A DNA stretch of 64,000 nt from Vicugna vicugna. Taxonomy: Eukaryota. The notes beneath the pieces are model-generated. The model did not search any database and was not told the DNA's origin. It worked only from the letters and a program-made list of their open reading frames with translations. Made by a program: the position numbers and the translations under genes. Of this stretch, positions 1 through 14,760 are shown in pieces (within the stretch, counting starts at the first letter, position 1; every line of letters starts with the position of its first letter). The stretch spans positions 3,913,954-3,977,953 of the forward strand of contig MU063893.1 of assembly GCA_013265495.1 (NCBI GenBank). Direction: 5' to 3'.

Positions 1-171
1 AGACTTTACTTTTACATAGGAATGCCACCAGTCAGAAGTGTTCCTTGTCCAGGGATGGCCTGTTGACTGAGCAAGCTGAATTGAGGTTACTCTGATTAGG
101 GTGGTAACATTCACAACAACAACATAGAATGTACAGGTTCTCATCCTATTTGCAAATATATTGGAAATAAA

Positions 172-408
172 GGATCAGAGTGTACAGTCTTCTCTGTAAA
201 GGGCCAGATACTTAATACTTTAGATTTTGTGGGCCACACATTCTCTGTCCTAACCACTTAATTCTGCCTACGATGGACAAAAGCAGCTATAGACAATACA
301 TAAAACAACAACAGAAAAAACTGGATGTGGCTGTGTGCCAGAAATATTTTCTTTACAAGTCAGGCTGTGACCTAATTTGGCCCTCAGGTAGTACTCTGCT
401 GACCCCTG
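172..408 (-). mobile_element. MER58A-like hAT-Charlie MITE
   Basis: tctgtaaagggccagata...tgggccac...atagacaata...gctgacccctg matches the recalled MER58 consensus. Confidence 0.75.
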
Positions 409-705
409 GACTTGAACAGGTAGATTGGTTCCCACCTTGGTGAGTTTCCAGTGCGCTTGTAGGTACTGTTTCACAGGTGAGCCTTGGTGGTCGAAGGAGA
501 CGATGCAGGTGTACACAGAGGTGAACACAGTCTTCAGGAACAAAATGAGGCTTTACAAGGTGAATGTGTACATTTCAAGGTCATAGAATGAAGCCCAGTC
601 AGTCATGGAATCAATGTACTTGGAGGTGTTGCAAACTATGGGGATATCAGATGCCTGTGATGGTAAATCTGTCTGATGGTCATTTTGTGTTTGCTTTTGG
701 GATAA

Positions 706-858
<153 letters not shown>

Positions 859-1689
859 TGAGTTATGGACCTTGTTTTCATTTAAGAGTTAATGCTGTTG
901 GATAGGGTTTTGGTTTTTTTTTCTTCTTTTCCTATTTGTAACCCCTAGAGAGTTCTCTGTTGTTTGTATTGCAATTAGGAAAAGTAATCCTGTATTCATG
1001 CTATAAGACAGTGCAGCTTTGAGAGAGGAAAAGCTGGGAAATTCCGTTGAATTTTGAACAGATACAGCAAAGAAGAGTATGGGCTGCCAGCTAAATTTGA
1101 ATTTCAGAGAAAGAATAAGTAAGTTTTTAGTGTAAGTATGCCCCATATACGGGGCATACTTACACTAAAATGTACTTGTCTTTTATCTACTTGGTTACTA
1201 GTTCTGTCTGACTCTGTTACTGACTCTGTTTCTTTCTCTCCCTCTCTCTGTCTCTCTTTCTCCTTTCACAACTCCAAAAGATTATCTAGGATCTATGATA
1301 AAAGGTCATTCACATGCATAAAACAGTATTTAAAATAAGGACAAAGTTTGAAGAGCCAAGTTTTGAAGGAAGAGGTAATAAATACCAGATTAAAGATAGC
1401 ACACTCATCAGAGTTTACTTCAGGACAGAGCTTTCTGATCACCAGCTGAAGTCCAGCTGAATGTTATGATTATAAAGTGCATTGCACGCACTGTGTCAGT
1501 CACATTTTATGTTGAGAATGAATAGAAACCAAATGTAGCCCTCCAAGTGAAGTCCACTGACGTGCAGTGGCAGATCTGAATCGGACACAGAAAAGGTGCT
1601 TGCTCTGTGTGCTTCTTGGTCGTGTGGCTGTCTCACGTGTGTCACTGCAGCCATCCTACTGATAGTGGGCTGGGATAATCCGTGACGTT

Positions 1690-1880
1690 CTTAATTTTAA
1701 ATTTTATTTTTTATTGAAGTATAGTCAGTCACAAGGTATCAGTTTCTACTGTACAGCATAATGTCTCAGCCATGCATATATAGACATATATTCATTTCAT
1801 ACTCTTTTTCATTAAAGGTTACCACAAGATATTGAATATAGTTCCCTATGCTAGAAAGAAGAAATTTGCTTTTTAATCTG
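1690..1880 (-). mobile_element. L1 3'-end fragment (camelid/cetartiodactyl type)
   Basis: T-tail, then ttattgaagtatagtcag...gatattgaatatagttccct. Confidence 0.75.
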
Positions 1881-1964
1881 TGATGTTCTTGAGAGCTACT
1901 GTTTTGGTTTCTCTAGAGGTCCTAATACCAAAAGACATTTTTTTCTCTTCTTTTTTTTTCCATC

Positions 1965-2372
1965 CTATTTTTGGAGGCTAGAAGCCCAAAATCAAGGGGT
2001 TGGCAGGGTTGTTCCTTGTGAGGCTCTGAGGAAGAATCTGTTCCATGCCTGTCTCCTGGCTTCTGGTGATGGCCAGATCTTGGCATTCCTTGCCTTGTAT
2101 CTACATCGCTCCATTCTCTGCCTCCAGCTTCACGTGGCATCCTGCCCGTGTGTATGTGTTTGCATGCGTGTGTTTGTGTGTGTCTGTGACCAAATTTCCC
2201 ATTTTTATAAGGACTCAGATCATACTGGATTAAGGGCCCACCCAACTCGGTATGACCTTACCTTAGCCAATCACATCTGCAACCATCCTGTTTCCAAATA
2301 AGACCATGTTCTGAGGTCCTAAGGATTAGGACTGCAACATATCTTTTCTGGGGACACAATTCAGCCCATAAC
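1965..2372 (-). mobile_element. MLT1 (MaLR) LTR, MLT1C-like
   Basis: ggaggctagaagcccaaaatcaagg...gggacacaattcagcccataac. Confidence 0.75.
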
Positions 2373-5240
2373 GGGGGCAGAGTCACAGAATGGGAACTAT
2401 GGAAAGTGGAAATTGTTGCAACTTGAGCCTCCGGTACTGATGAAAATGGCACGGATGCTGAGTTTGACAGAACTAAGACAGCAAAGGAACAACAGATGAT
2501 TGAGCAACCGTCGTGATGGCCTGGGGCTGTGGGGAAGCTGGGAGTTGAGGCAGAAAAAAGAACCAGAGCCAGGTAAGTAGCGTGGAGTAGAAGAGATGCC
2601 TGGGAGCTGCAGTTAGGAGCAGGGTGATAGGACGAAACTAGTTAGGAAGGCCAGAGGCTCTGTTGAAGGCAAGAGAGAGCGTCAGTAAAGTAAAGAAGTA
2701 GGGATCAGGAAGTCCCCAGGACGGGACAAAGCAGTGCCCTGCACAGAAGGGCAGAAGCCTGGACAGCAAGCCTGCTGACGTAGGAAGGAGTCCCAGGTAG
2801 ACCGATTCGGTCCCCTCCATCTGGCATCTTACCCTGACCGAAACGTGATGAAGAGACATGCCTGCTTGCAGTAGGAAGAGATGGGTCTGAACAGAAAAGG
2901 TGGATTCCAATTTTGGAAGACCTTGGGTTTCAGTTGGGGAGGTTGGCTTTTTATGTGACACACAGCAGTGATGAGCAACCATTTAGGGCTGAATGAGATC
3001 ATGTCTCTAAGGAGAGAGAGAATAAAAGACTTAGAAATCAAGGAAAAAGAAGATAGAAGAGAGAAAGAAAAAGAGGCACTTCAGTGTGGGGCCAAACATC
3101 ATAACGTTTGGTATTTTAGATGATAGGTTCAATGTAGAGGAGACAAGCTAAGGAAATGAAAACCTGGGGCATCAAATGGGAAGTCGTAAGATAAAAAGAA
3201 ATACTATGTGGGTCACACAGTAGAAGAGATTACTGTCAAGGAGAAGGTGACAGTGTGGAGTTAATGACAGGTAGGATTTTGACAGAGTTGAGAGGATTGA
3301 CAAGTGATTTCAAGATACAAGAGATAATGCAAACAAAGGGAAAAAAGAGGAAATTGCGGGCACATACACGACATACTGAATGGCCTCCTATGGCCAAGAT
3401 ACAGGATGGGTACCAGAGAGAATATACTGTTGAAGATTGTAAGGTGGACTGGAGCTTGATGACAGAGGACCGTTAGTGAGCTGTTTGTCATGGGAATGGG
3501 GACTTGTGGTCTAGATGTGTTGCACCTAAGCAGGATGATGGACGCACTACGTCTGCAGAAGGTTGAGTCACCACTTACTTGTCCCTGTCATTCTATGCTA
3601 GGGAACCCGTTGCTCAGAACACTACCTGGAAGACTGATGTATCCTCTGTCTGTTCACTGTCCTACAACACCCCCCTTGTGACTGGGTCTGTGAGCTTCAG
3701 GTGTCATTGCTGCCTCAGTAAACTTTCTCTGGTGTTTTATTATAAGAAGACCCTTTAATAAATGCTGTGGTATCAAGACTGTAGTTCAGTAAACAACCTT
3801 TGCCTTTTTCTACATGTTATAACCCAACGTAATTGATCTGTGACCTTGGCAGCTCCTCCCTGGCCTGCTTTTCTTTAGCTCTGCCAGGGAGAAATACTCC
3901 GGGAGCACTTTCAGTGGTCTGTGTCTCCATAGACGCTATAGCTTGGTATTTTGTTGTGTGTTTTAAGTATCCTGGGGGCTATATGCTGATCCAAACTGTT
4001 GTTGAGAGCCTGAATCTACAGATAATTGTCCAAGGGAAGCCTGTGGCCATGTGGGGGAGGGGAGTGGGAAGAAGTTGTGAACTTGGCACCAGGCGAGGCA
4101 GAATGTTCTGCTGTCCGGGCTGCTGCTGCATCACTTTGTCATTCCTCTATCCTTTCCCCTTCAGGATTACTTACAAAGATCTAACAGTATACATCTCCCT
4201 TCAGATGATTCTTTGTTGTGAATCCCAGCGTTTCTTATCCCGGTCACGGGAGGGAATCCTGTGTCCAGGACAGGATAAAGTACTCTGTCAGACCACCCTG
4301 AGTGCTCTCAGGAGGCTTTTTTTTCTTTTGAGAGAACGAGCTCCAGGAATCCTTTTCATGGGTCTCAGAGAGAAAGACAGCTCAGTTGTCTGAACCCCTA
4401 GTGCCGTCCTTCGTTCTGGGCTTACCGCTGGTGGCAGGGTGTCTTCCCTCGGACGTGCACAGTCACATCCCTGAGCTCATCACCCTCTCACCCATCCTGC
4501 TTCCGCGTCTCTACTACAGATTTCTGTTAGCAGTTCTATCATACGTCTAGTCTCTGAGGCAGAAGCAGCAGAACTTTCACTTGGGTCTTCCTTTCAGTCC
4601 TTTTGGCCATGTGTTGTAAAGCACTTTCTTTGACAGCATTTCCGTTCTCACTACCATCGCACTAACCCATCATTACTTCATGCCTGGGTTACTCGTAGCC
4701 TGCTAGTACCATCTGAATTCCGTTCCTGCCGCCTATCCCATTACACGTGTGACTGAAGCTGCTCTCTTGAATGTCCTACTTTCATTATATTTCTACCTAA
4801 CTCGGGTGTCTGCAGCATCTAGTACTGTGTGTTGAGTGATGTTCAAACACCTCCATCATCTAAGACCCTATTTAACCGTCTTTGTGCCTCTAGAGCTACA
4901 GTTAGACCATCAGCCCCTGCAGATTTTAGAAACAGCTTCCTGCACTTAACCTATTCGTTCTGAAAGAGCTTATCACTTCCCACGTCCTTGATGAAACTTG
5001 TACCCACAATTCCAGAATTCAGAGCTGGAAGATGCCATTGATGGCAGGGGGCAGAAATATTTCGTGTAAATTCCAGATATCCAGCTCAGGAAAGAGATGG
5101 TAGTCATTTTAAACTATTTGATTTTCAGGATTAGAATGTACTGCGTAAAATGGGAGGGCAGGTTTACATGCTTAAAATCAATCTGCATGCCCTAAGGAAT
5201 GATTTAAGCTGAGAACAGTTTACAATTATGTGTTTCCTAT

Positions 5241-5263
5241 TAATAATAATAATAATAATAATA
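5241..5263. repeat. (TAA)n microsatellite
   Basis: taataataataataataataata, ~25 nt left of the duplication breakpoint. Confidence 0.9.
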
Positions 5264-5288
5264 CCAATGGTAATCTTTATGATGGTAT

Positions 5289-7314
5289 TTGAGAAGTTAC
5301 CTTATTTCTTATTCAGAAACTTTGTCATTTTTGATAATAAGCACAGTTGGTACTTACCTATTTATTATTTATTTATTGGCTGATGACATCTTTTTTCCAA
5401 ATTCCAGTTTCACACCAGTGTGTTTAATGGATCGAGTTGTATGATGTATCAGCAAGTGTATTGCATTTTGCCAAGGTCATTACGAGTCTCCACCCTCAAA
5501 GTTACTCTGTGTTCACACAGCATTAGTTAAGAGCCCTTTTATTGTCCCAGGAAGAGCGGCGAGCCGAGAAGTCCTAAGTATAGACTTGAAGTTTGTATTT
5601 TATGCCTTGAATTGATAGTGTAGCCATTGGGCAGCTGCATCTTAGGGGAGCTAGGGTCTTAACGTCTAGTCCTGGCTTTGCTTCTGAAAAACTCTGTGAC
5701 TTGATCACTAAGTCACATTTTCTTGCAGACTGTCAAATCCTTAACAGTGAAATGGGACAGTGTGCTCACAGAAATTTATTCATTAACAAATAACTACTGA
5801 ACAAGTGCCAGGAACTCTGCTAAATGCTGTGGTTAATAAGGTTTTAAGATGGTGGCCTTTCTTTTTGTTTTAATAATTATCTTTTTCTTTTCTTTTTTTA
5901 CTTTTGACCAATGTTGTAAACTGACTGTACTTCAATTAAAAAAAAATTTTTTTTAATAATAGCCTCTGAGGTCCTGGCAGATATTCTCTGAATATTCACT
6001 GTAGCATAATTTTGAGGACTAGGAAATCTGGATCCTAAGAACTGCAGAGATGGTATGTTCCTTTGAAAGTCTTTGCTGTCAGGCTTCCCTTTGGGATAGA
6101 AGAAAGTGGCCAAGTTAAGTTTCCAAACCTGATCCAAAGGGCGTATATTATACAATAGTCCATAATTTAATTCATTCACTCACTTGTTCAAACTTGCTGA
6201 ACATAAAAATAGCTAGGTAGTGTTTTAATGAGGAGAAGGCGATTTGGAAGTTTTTTTTTTTTAAATCATCACGTGTTTTTCAGCTTCTAAAATTGTGGCC
6301 ACTATTTGAAAAAGGGCTGCCTTTTCTCATTCCACTTACTGCCCTTGTATCAACACTTTCTGATTCTATGTTTTTGTTCAGAGCATCAAGTTCTCCTGGC
6401 ATTTTAGAAAATGACACCTTTATCTGTAACAACAGGGGCAGAAGAGATAGAAACGGATAGTGAAAATATGTATTTATATTTGGATTCGGGATCTAGTTCA
6501 TTTGAATGAGTGCATGCAATACTTTTAGGCTTCCCTGCAGGTCAGTGGTAGAGCTGTCCTGAGAAGAGTCGGGCAGCTATGAACCCAGCTGCTTCGCCTG
6601 CTCCACTCTCCCTCCAGTTGGACTAAAACACCAGCCTGATTAAAGAGCTCAGGTCCTTTGTTTTCTTAGAGCATAGCCCCCCCCCATTTATTCACTCTTA
6701 CACAATGAATTCCCCAAACTTAGTGGCTTAAAACAACCATCATTTTGTAATATCTCCTGATTTTATGGGTCAGAGATGTGGGCAGGGTTCGGCTGGGTGG
6801 TTCTTCTGTTCCACGTGCTGTTGACTAGGATGACTTGGTGGTATAGAGTTGGTGGCTGACCCGGTCTGGAGGGTCCGAGATGGCTTCACTCACAGGCCTG
6901 GCACCTTGGTGAAGAAGGCTACAGGCTGACCTCACCAGCGCCCCTCTCCCTTTCCATGTGGTCTCAGAGTCCCTCTCAGTGGTCTCTTTGGCAGGGCAGT
7001 TGGACTTCTTCCACGGTAGCGCAGGGCTGCAAGAGACAGAGACGAAGCTGTCAGTCCTCTAAAGACAAGGCCGTGAACCTGTGTGGCATCACTTCGTTGT
7101 ACTCTGTTGCTCAGATCAGTCAGATGCCAGCCCAGATTCAACGGGAAGAGTGACAGACCATACCTCCTGAGGGAGGATGTGTCAGAGAACTTGCAGCCCT
7201 TTGAAGCAGCCACTTAGAAATGCTGATTTTGCTCAGAGTGGGTGTTAGTAAACAAAAACTGGAGAGCCACTGGACAGTACAGAACGGAACAAGATGCAGG
7301 CGCACAGGGTTAGA
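5289..7314. repeat. Tandem duplication, copy 1 (2026 nt)
   Basis: Matches 7316-9464 apart from a few substitutions and the missing SINE body. Confidence 0.95.
6688..7205. mobile_element. MLT1 (MaLR) LTR inside duplication copy 1
   Basis: ccccaaacttagtggcttaaaacaac...ggcttcactcac...cagcccagattcaa. Confidence 0.7.
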
Positions 7315-7887
7315 ATTGAGAAGTTACCTTATTTCTTATTCAGAAACTTTGTCATTTTTGATAATAAGCACAGTTGGTACTTACCTATTTATTATTTATT
7401 TATTGGCTGATGACATCTTTTTTCCAAATTCCAGTTTCACACCAGTGTGTTTAATGGATCGAGTTGTATGATGTATCAGCAAGTGTATTGCATTTTGCCA
7501 AGGTCATTACGAGTCTCCACCCTCAAAGTTACTCTGTGTTCACACAGCGTTAGTTAAGAGCCCTTTTATTGTCCCAGGAAGAGCGGCGAGCCGAGAAGTC
7601 CTAAGTATAGACTTGAAGTTTGTATTTTATGCCTTGAATTGATAGTGTAGCCATTGGGCAGCTGCATCTTAGGGGAGCTAGGGTCTTAACGTCTAGTCCT
7701 GGCTTTGCTTCTGAAAAACTCTGTGACTTGATCACTAAGTCACATTTTCTTGCAGACTGTCAAATCCTTAACAGTGAAATGGGACAGTGTGCTCACAGAA
7801 ATTTATTCATTAACAAATAACTACTGAACAAGTGCCAGGAACTCTGCTAAATGCTGTGGTTAATAAGGTTTTAAGATGGTGGCCTTT

Positions 7888-8039
7888 CTTTTTGTTTTAA
7901 TAATTATCTTTTTCTTTTCTTTTTTTCTGGGAGAGAGATAATTAAGTTTATGTTTATTTTTAGGAGAGGTCCTGGGGATTGAACCCAGGTCCTTGTGCAT
8001 ACTAAGCAAGCACTCTACCACTGAGCTATACTCTCCCCC
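7888..8039 (-). mobile_element. Camelid-type tRNA-derived SINE with T-rich tail
   Basis: ggggattgaacccagg...ctctaccactgagctata (reverse-complement B and A boxes); degenerate 15-nt TSD aagatggtggccttt (7873-7887) / aagatattagccttt (8040-8054). Confidence 0.85.
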
Positions 8040-8837
8040 AAGATATTAGCCTTTTGACACAATGTTGTAAACTGACTATACTTCAATTAAAAAAAATTTT
8101 TTTTAATAATAGCCTCTGAGGTCCTGGCAGATGTTCTCTGAATATTCACTGTAGCATAATTTTGAGGACTAGGAAATCTGGATCCTAAGAACTGCAGAGA
8201 TGGTATGTTCCTTTGAAAGTCTTTGCTGTCAGGCTTCCCTTTGGGATAGAAGAAAGTGGCCAATTTAAGTTTCCAAACCTGATCCAAAGGGCGTATATTA
8301 TACAATAGTCCATAATTTAATTCATTCACTCACTTGTTCAAACTTGCTGAACATAAAAATAGCTAGGTAGTGTTTTAATGAGGAGAAGGCGATTTGGAAG
8401 TTTTTTTTTTTTAAATCATCACGTGTTTTTCAGCTTCTAAAATTGTGGCCACTATTTGAAAAAGGGCTGCCTTTTCTCATTCCACTTACTGCCCTTGTAT
8501 CAACACTTTCTGATTCTATGTTTTTGTTCAGAGCATCAAGTTCTCCTGGCATTTTAGAAAATGACACCTTTATCTGTAACAACAGGGGCAGAAGAGATAG
8601 AAACGGATAGTGAAAATATGTATTTATATTTGGATTCGGGATCTAGTTCATTTGAATGAGTGCATGCAATACTTTTAGGCTTCCCTGCAGGTCAGTGGTA
8701 GAGCTGTCCTGAGAAGAGTCGGGCAGCTATGAACCCAGCTGCTTCGCCTGCTCCACTCTCCCTCCAGTTGGACTAAAACACCAGCCTGATTAAAGAGCTC
8801 AGGTCCTTTGTTTTCTTAGAGCATAGCCCCCCCCCAT

Positions 8838-9355
8838 TTATTCACTCTTACACAATGAATTCCCCAAACTTAGTGGCTTAAAACAACCATCATTTTGTAA
8901 TATCTCCTGATTTTATGGGTCAGAGATGTGGGCAGGGTTCGGCTGGGTGGTTCTTCTGTTCCACGTGCTGTTGACTAGGATGACTTGGTGGTATAGAGTT
9001 GGTGGCTGACCCGGTCTGGAGGGTCCGAGATGGCTTCACTCACAGGCCTGGCACCTTGGTGAAGAAGGCTACAGGCTGACCTCACCAGCGCCCCTCTCCC
9101 TTTCCATGTGGTCTCAGAGTCCCTCTCAGTGGTCTCTTTGGCAGGGCAGTTGGACTTCTTCCACGGTAGCGCAGGGCTGCAAGAGACAGAGACGAAGCTG
9201 TCAGTCCTCTAAAGACAAGGCCGTGAACCTGTGTGGCATCACTTCGTTGTACTCTGTTGCTCAGATCAGTCAGATGCCAGCCCAGATTCAACGGGAAGAG
9301 TGACAGACCACACCTCCTGAGGGAGGATGTGTCAGAGAACTTGCAGCCCTTTGAA
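8838..9355. mobile_element. MLT1 (MaLR) LTR inside duplication copy 2
   Basis: Duplicate of 6688-7205. Confidence 0.7.
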
Positions 9356-11348
9356 GCAGCCACTTAGAAATGCTGATTTTGCTCAGAGTGGGTGTTAGTA
9401 AACAAAAACTGGAGAGCCACTGGACAGTACAGAACGGAACAAGATGCAGGCGCACAGGGTTAGAGGAGCCAGCACCTGGGATAGGATGGTTGGCAGGGCT
9501 GAGTGAACAAGGCCCAGTGCAGACCTGCTCCCTCCAGGGGCAGGAGATGGCTAACGCTGCCTGGCTCGGGCTGGCTCTCAGGGCACCCGGGGCCCTTCCT
9601 TTTCCCTTGTTCACCTTTGCCTGTACAACTTTGCCTTCCATCTTTTATAGATGCTGCAGTTGCTGAGGTCCTGATTTTTTTTTTAATCTTAGATCTGCTG
9701 CTTCCTAATGAGCCAATAATGCACACATTCCAAGGCATGTGTAACCTTAGCAGAAAATTATTTTCAGCTCACTTTGGTTTGTACATGTTTCTTGTTTGTG
9801 TTATTCTGGATTCTAATTCTTACTTATTATTGTACTTGTTGCAAGTATCTTCCTCTGTTATGAGGCGGCTTCACCTATTTTACACTGTCTTGGTGAACAG
9901 AAATATTTCAGTGAAATCAAGCTTTTTTTCCCCTTTTTTACATTTATATATTTCTATATTACATCATATCTCAAAAACTTTCTATATTACATTTCTATTT
10001 TACATCATATCTCAAAAACAATTCCAGGGAGATTAAAGGTTTAAAGGCAAAAAAAGAAAAAATTACAACTTTAAGAAGAAAATAAAAGATCTAATATAAT
10101 AATAATTAACTTATTTGGTCTGTTTATTTGTATACTTTTTCTTGGGTTTCTACTTCTATGTCTCCTTAATAATGGATATTTACTTAAAGTCTATTTGTCA
10201 GATATTACTATAGCTACACTGGCCTTGGGTTAACATTCTTCTCACATACCTGTTTTCCCTACTTTTAGTGATTTCGTGAGCTTAAATTTTGGGTATGCCG
10301 CCTAGAAGCAGCTTCAGCTGAATTTATTTCTGTAATTGCAATCTGATTATTCTTGAGTCTTTTAAATTAAGTGTTTGAGCCATATGATAATTAACATTAA
10401 AAATTTTTTTCTAAGGTCTCATTTTGTGTTTTCCATGTGCTCTGTTTTTTATGTACTGCTCCACCACCCCCTCCCATATACATGTTTTCTTAACTTATTT
10501 CTTGCATTGATAATTTTTTCCCCTCAATACTGTATTGGAAATTATACACGCTATATTATATTTGTCATTTCTTCTTAAATTGTAATTGTCATGCCCAACT
10601 TATGGGGCATTTCGTGTGCAGGGTCTGATTCTTTTTGTGTGCCTTCGATCCTATTCATGTCATTTTCACCATTTCTCTCTACAACTCTTCTCTGGGGTCT
10701 CATATACTCTTTACTCTCTTGTCTTTATGCCCCGTGTTCTGCTCCCCCACCTTGTAACTGCTGAGCTCCACTGCAGAGCCTGGGGTTTCCAAGCGGCCAA
10801 AAGACTTTTCCCTCTTCCTGTTGCTGTGGCCACTCTTTGATCTTTGCCCTTTCCAGTTCAATGAAGACGTTATTAAGCTCTGCGGAGCAGACAAAAACCA
10901 TGCTATTTAACACTCTTCACCACTTTTCCCTTTTCCTGTTATACTGAAGTTTCATCTGAGTGAGTTTTGAAAGGAAAAAACAAAAACTGCTGATGGAGTT
11001 GAGTTCACAGTGAAGCTTGATTCCATAGCAATATAAACCACAGATGGGCACCATATTTCCATCTTTAATATTGGTTATTAGCATAAAAATTAGCATTTGA
11101 TTAAATCTTATTGTTTCCTATATCTAAGCAATTTTTTTTGTCTTGTGTTTGCAAAGCATTGCCTTGTCTTCCTGAAAATCTGCTCAGCAGATACTCAACC
11201 CAGACTATGAATGGAAAGCAAGAGAATTAAGTTTTGGTCTTTGTCTTCTCAATAACTAACAAAGTGACCTTTGGCAGATCACTTCACCCCTGTAAACCCT
11301 TACCTCTGTGGCCCGAGCTTCTTCATTTGTAAAATAATTTAGCAGGAA

Positions 11349-11800
11349 GTGTTAGTTATCTAGCTGTGTAACAAATTATCCCAAAACTTAATGACTTAAT
11401 ACAACCAACATTATTTTCTCACGGTCTCTACAGTCAGAAATCTGGCCTTGCTGGATTCGGGTGCTCTTGGCTTACAGTCTTTCGGAAGGCTGCAATCAAG
11501 GTGTCTGCTGGGATTGTGGGATCATCCTTTGCAAGTTCATTTATTGTAATTATTAGCAGAATTCAGCTGCTCAAGGATTATCAGACTGAGGGCTTCAGAT
11601 CCTTGCTGGCTATTGGCAAGAGACCAGCCTCACTTCCTCACCATGTGGATCATTCTGCAATCCAATATCTCACTTCTCCCAGAGCGAGGGCTCCAACAAA
11701 GCACGTGAAAGAGGGCAAGCAAGACAGGAGACACTCTCTTTGTGACCTAATCTTGGGAGCCACAACCCATTAATTTTGCTCTTGTGTTCTATTAGTTACA
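11349..11800. mobile_element. MLT1 (MaLR) LTR
   Basis: gttagttatctagctgtgtaacaaattatcccaaaacttaatgactt...tgtgacctaatcttggga. Confidence 0.7.
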
Positions 11801-12494
11801 CTCAGGAGGAGTGGTTTCTTTGTACTTATTTTGTATTTAACCTGATTGCTTTTCCCAAATTTGTTGCTTTGAGAAAGAGATTGTGTTCATTTTAGTCTCC
11901 ACTTGACTTAGTCATTAATTGTAGTATAAGGCAGGTACCTTTCTCAAGTAAGAATTAGAATCTATTTGTGTTTCAAGAAACTATTACTTTCTGCCTTGGG
12001 AGGAGTTGAGAAACTATATATATATATATAAAATATATGAATTACAAGCACATATAGGGAATATGCATGTTTAAAAGTCAAAACAAAGTTTGTTTGATTT
12101 CAAAGCTTCCAAAAAAGTTGATTGCAAAGTCTTTTTTTTTTTAAGCCAAAACCAATATTAATGAAGCTCTGTTTGTACTTTTGGGTTACTGGTGATATTA
12201 CTATATTATATCTTAGAATATCTAAATAAATTATCAGTTTTATTGTGACAACAGGTATAGAATACATTGGGGTCCCTATATTGTTATGTGATAAGGGTAA
12301 CAAGGAAGGACTTAGGCCAGAAAAATTAGTTTTGAGTGCAAGCTCTGCATTGACTGGGGTACAGCACAATTTCTCTAAATCTCAGTTCCCTTATTTGTAA
12401 AATGAGGTCAATGATACCACAAGCTCAAATTGTATTTTTCAATGATAGTATTTGACAGATAAAAGGAGTTACTCTGACTAATCTCTTATTTTAG

Positions 12495-12632
<138 letters not shown>

Positions 12633-12823
12633 TGAGGGAGGAGGTTGGCTCCGTAGACTGCAGACGAGAGCTGGAGCAGCAGGCAGGACATTGCTCCTCA
12701 GCAAGTTCTCGAACCTACTTTGGCATCAAGGAGAAAAATCACTCTCTTCTTGGGACCAGCCCCTTGGACATAACGCTTAATTTTATGTGGCTATTGTTTG
12801 CAAACTTACACAGCCAATTATGA

Positions 12824-13012
<189 letters not shown>

Positions 13013-13434
13013 TGATGACTGCAGTTCCTGGAGAGTAGAGGAATTTGCCAACGGAGGTGTTCTCCTCTCCTGCCACTGTTCTTACCACCTGAATGCTGAA
13101 GGCATCTATAGCCTTCTTTCAGTGTGATCACTTCCTAAATATACATTATAGAGCCCTCTGGTGAGCTGTGGCTTTCATTTATTTTTCCTTGGTACCGTGT
13201 GAAATGCAGTAGGGAGGGGGAAAAAAAAGAATTATCCCAGCTTTGAAAATTCTAGAGAGAATCCACCTCTGCAGACTTCCAGTGTATATTTCTACCCAAA
13301 GACTAACTTACACCCAAGTGGGAAACGTCTGCATGTGGTGACATCAGGTGTATATCTGCCTCAGACGTAATGTCATTTGGTGCCCAAGTTGCGGGACCAT
13401 GAGCACAGATGTTGGGAAGCGCTGGTGTTGGTAG

Positions 13435-13689
<255 letters not shown>

Positions 13690-14209
13690 TGAAGGTGATG
13701 GGAGAGGGAGGTCTGCAAGCCTGAAGAAGGGGTCATTTCAAAAATACTCCTGAAGGTTATGTGCCCACTGTTGGGGACAAGACAATCCACCTCCAGATAC
13801 ATCCTTTTTTCTGCCGTCCTTCCTTCTTTCTTCTTTCCTCCTTGCCTCCTCCTCCTCCTCCTTCTCTTTTTTTCATTACGAAGCATTTATTATAGGCCAG
13901 GCCCTGGGCTGTGTCCTTTTTCTCTTTCTTCCTTCTATTTGATCATTTTCCCTCCTTATTTTCCCTTTCTTTCCTCCATCCATCTAACACGTATCCACCA
14001 GTAATTATGGAACATCTATGATAAAGTAAGAATGATATTCTGGTCATGTGATGGAGTATCAAGGGTGCACAGCTACGAAATGTGCCAAATGGTTTCTGCC
14101 CTCAAGAAGTCCTGATGTCTTGATGTCCATGGAAGAATGTCACAGGAGGGCAAATGGGGCTGATTAAACAGAGGGTGCTGAGTCCCTGAGATACAAGAAC
14201 AGCTCCTAA

Positions 14210-14760
<551 letters not shown>

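Larger units (their letters stand above)
7316..9464. repeat. Tandem duplication, copy 2 (2149 nt)
   Basis: Starts ttgagaagttacc like 5289 and ends cacagggttaga like 7314; duplicated ORFs appear in the track. Confidence 0.95.

Noticed and set aside
3833-4393. 186-aa ORF in intron 3
   Set aside because: Starts at a non-ATG codon, has no recognisable domain and shows Cys/Leu-rich noncoding composition.
5898-9363. Paired ORFs (93/80 aa, 93/93 aa, 65/65 aa) suggesting a duplicated small gene
   Set aside because: They only reflect the DNA duplication and overlap MLT1 and L1 sequence.
9503-10036. 177-aa ORF next to the duplication
   Set aside because: T-rich low-complexity frame with no homology I recognise; starts at a non-ATG codon.
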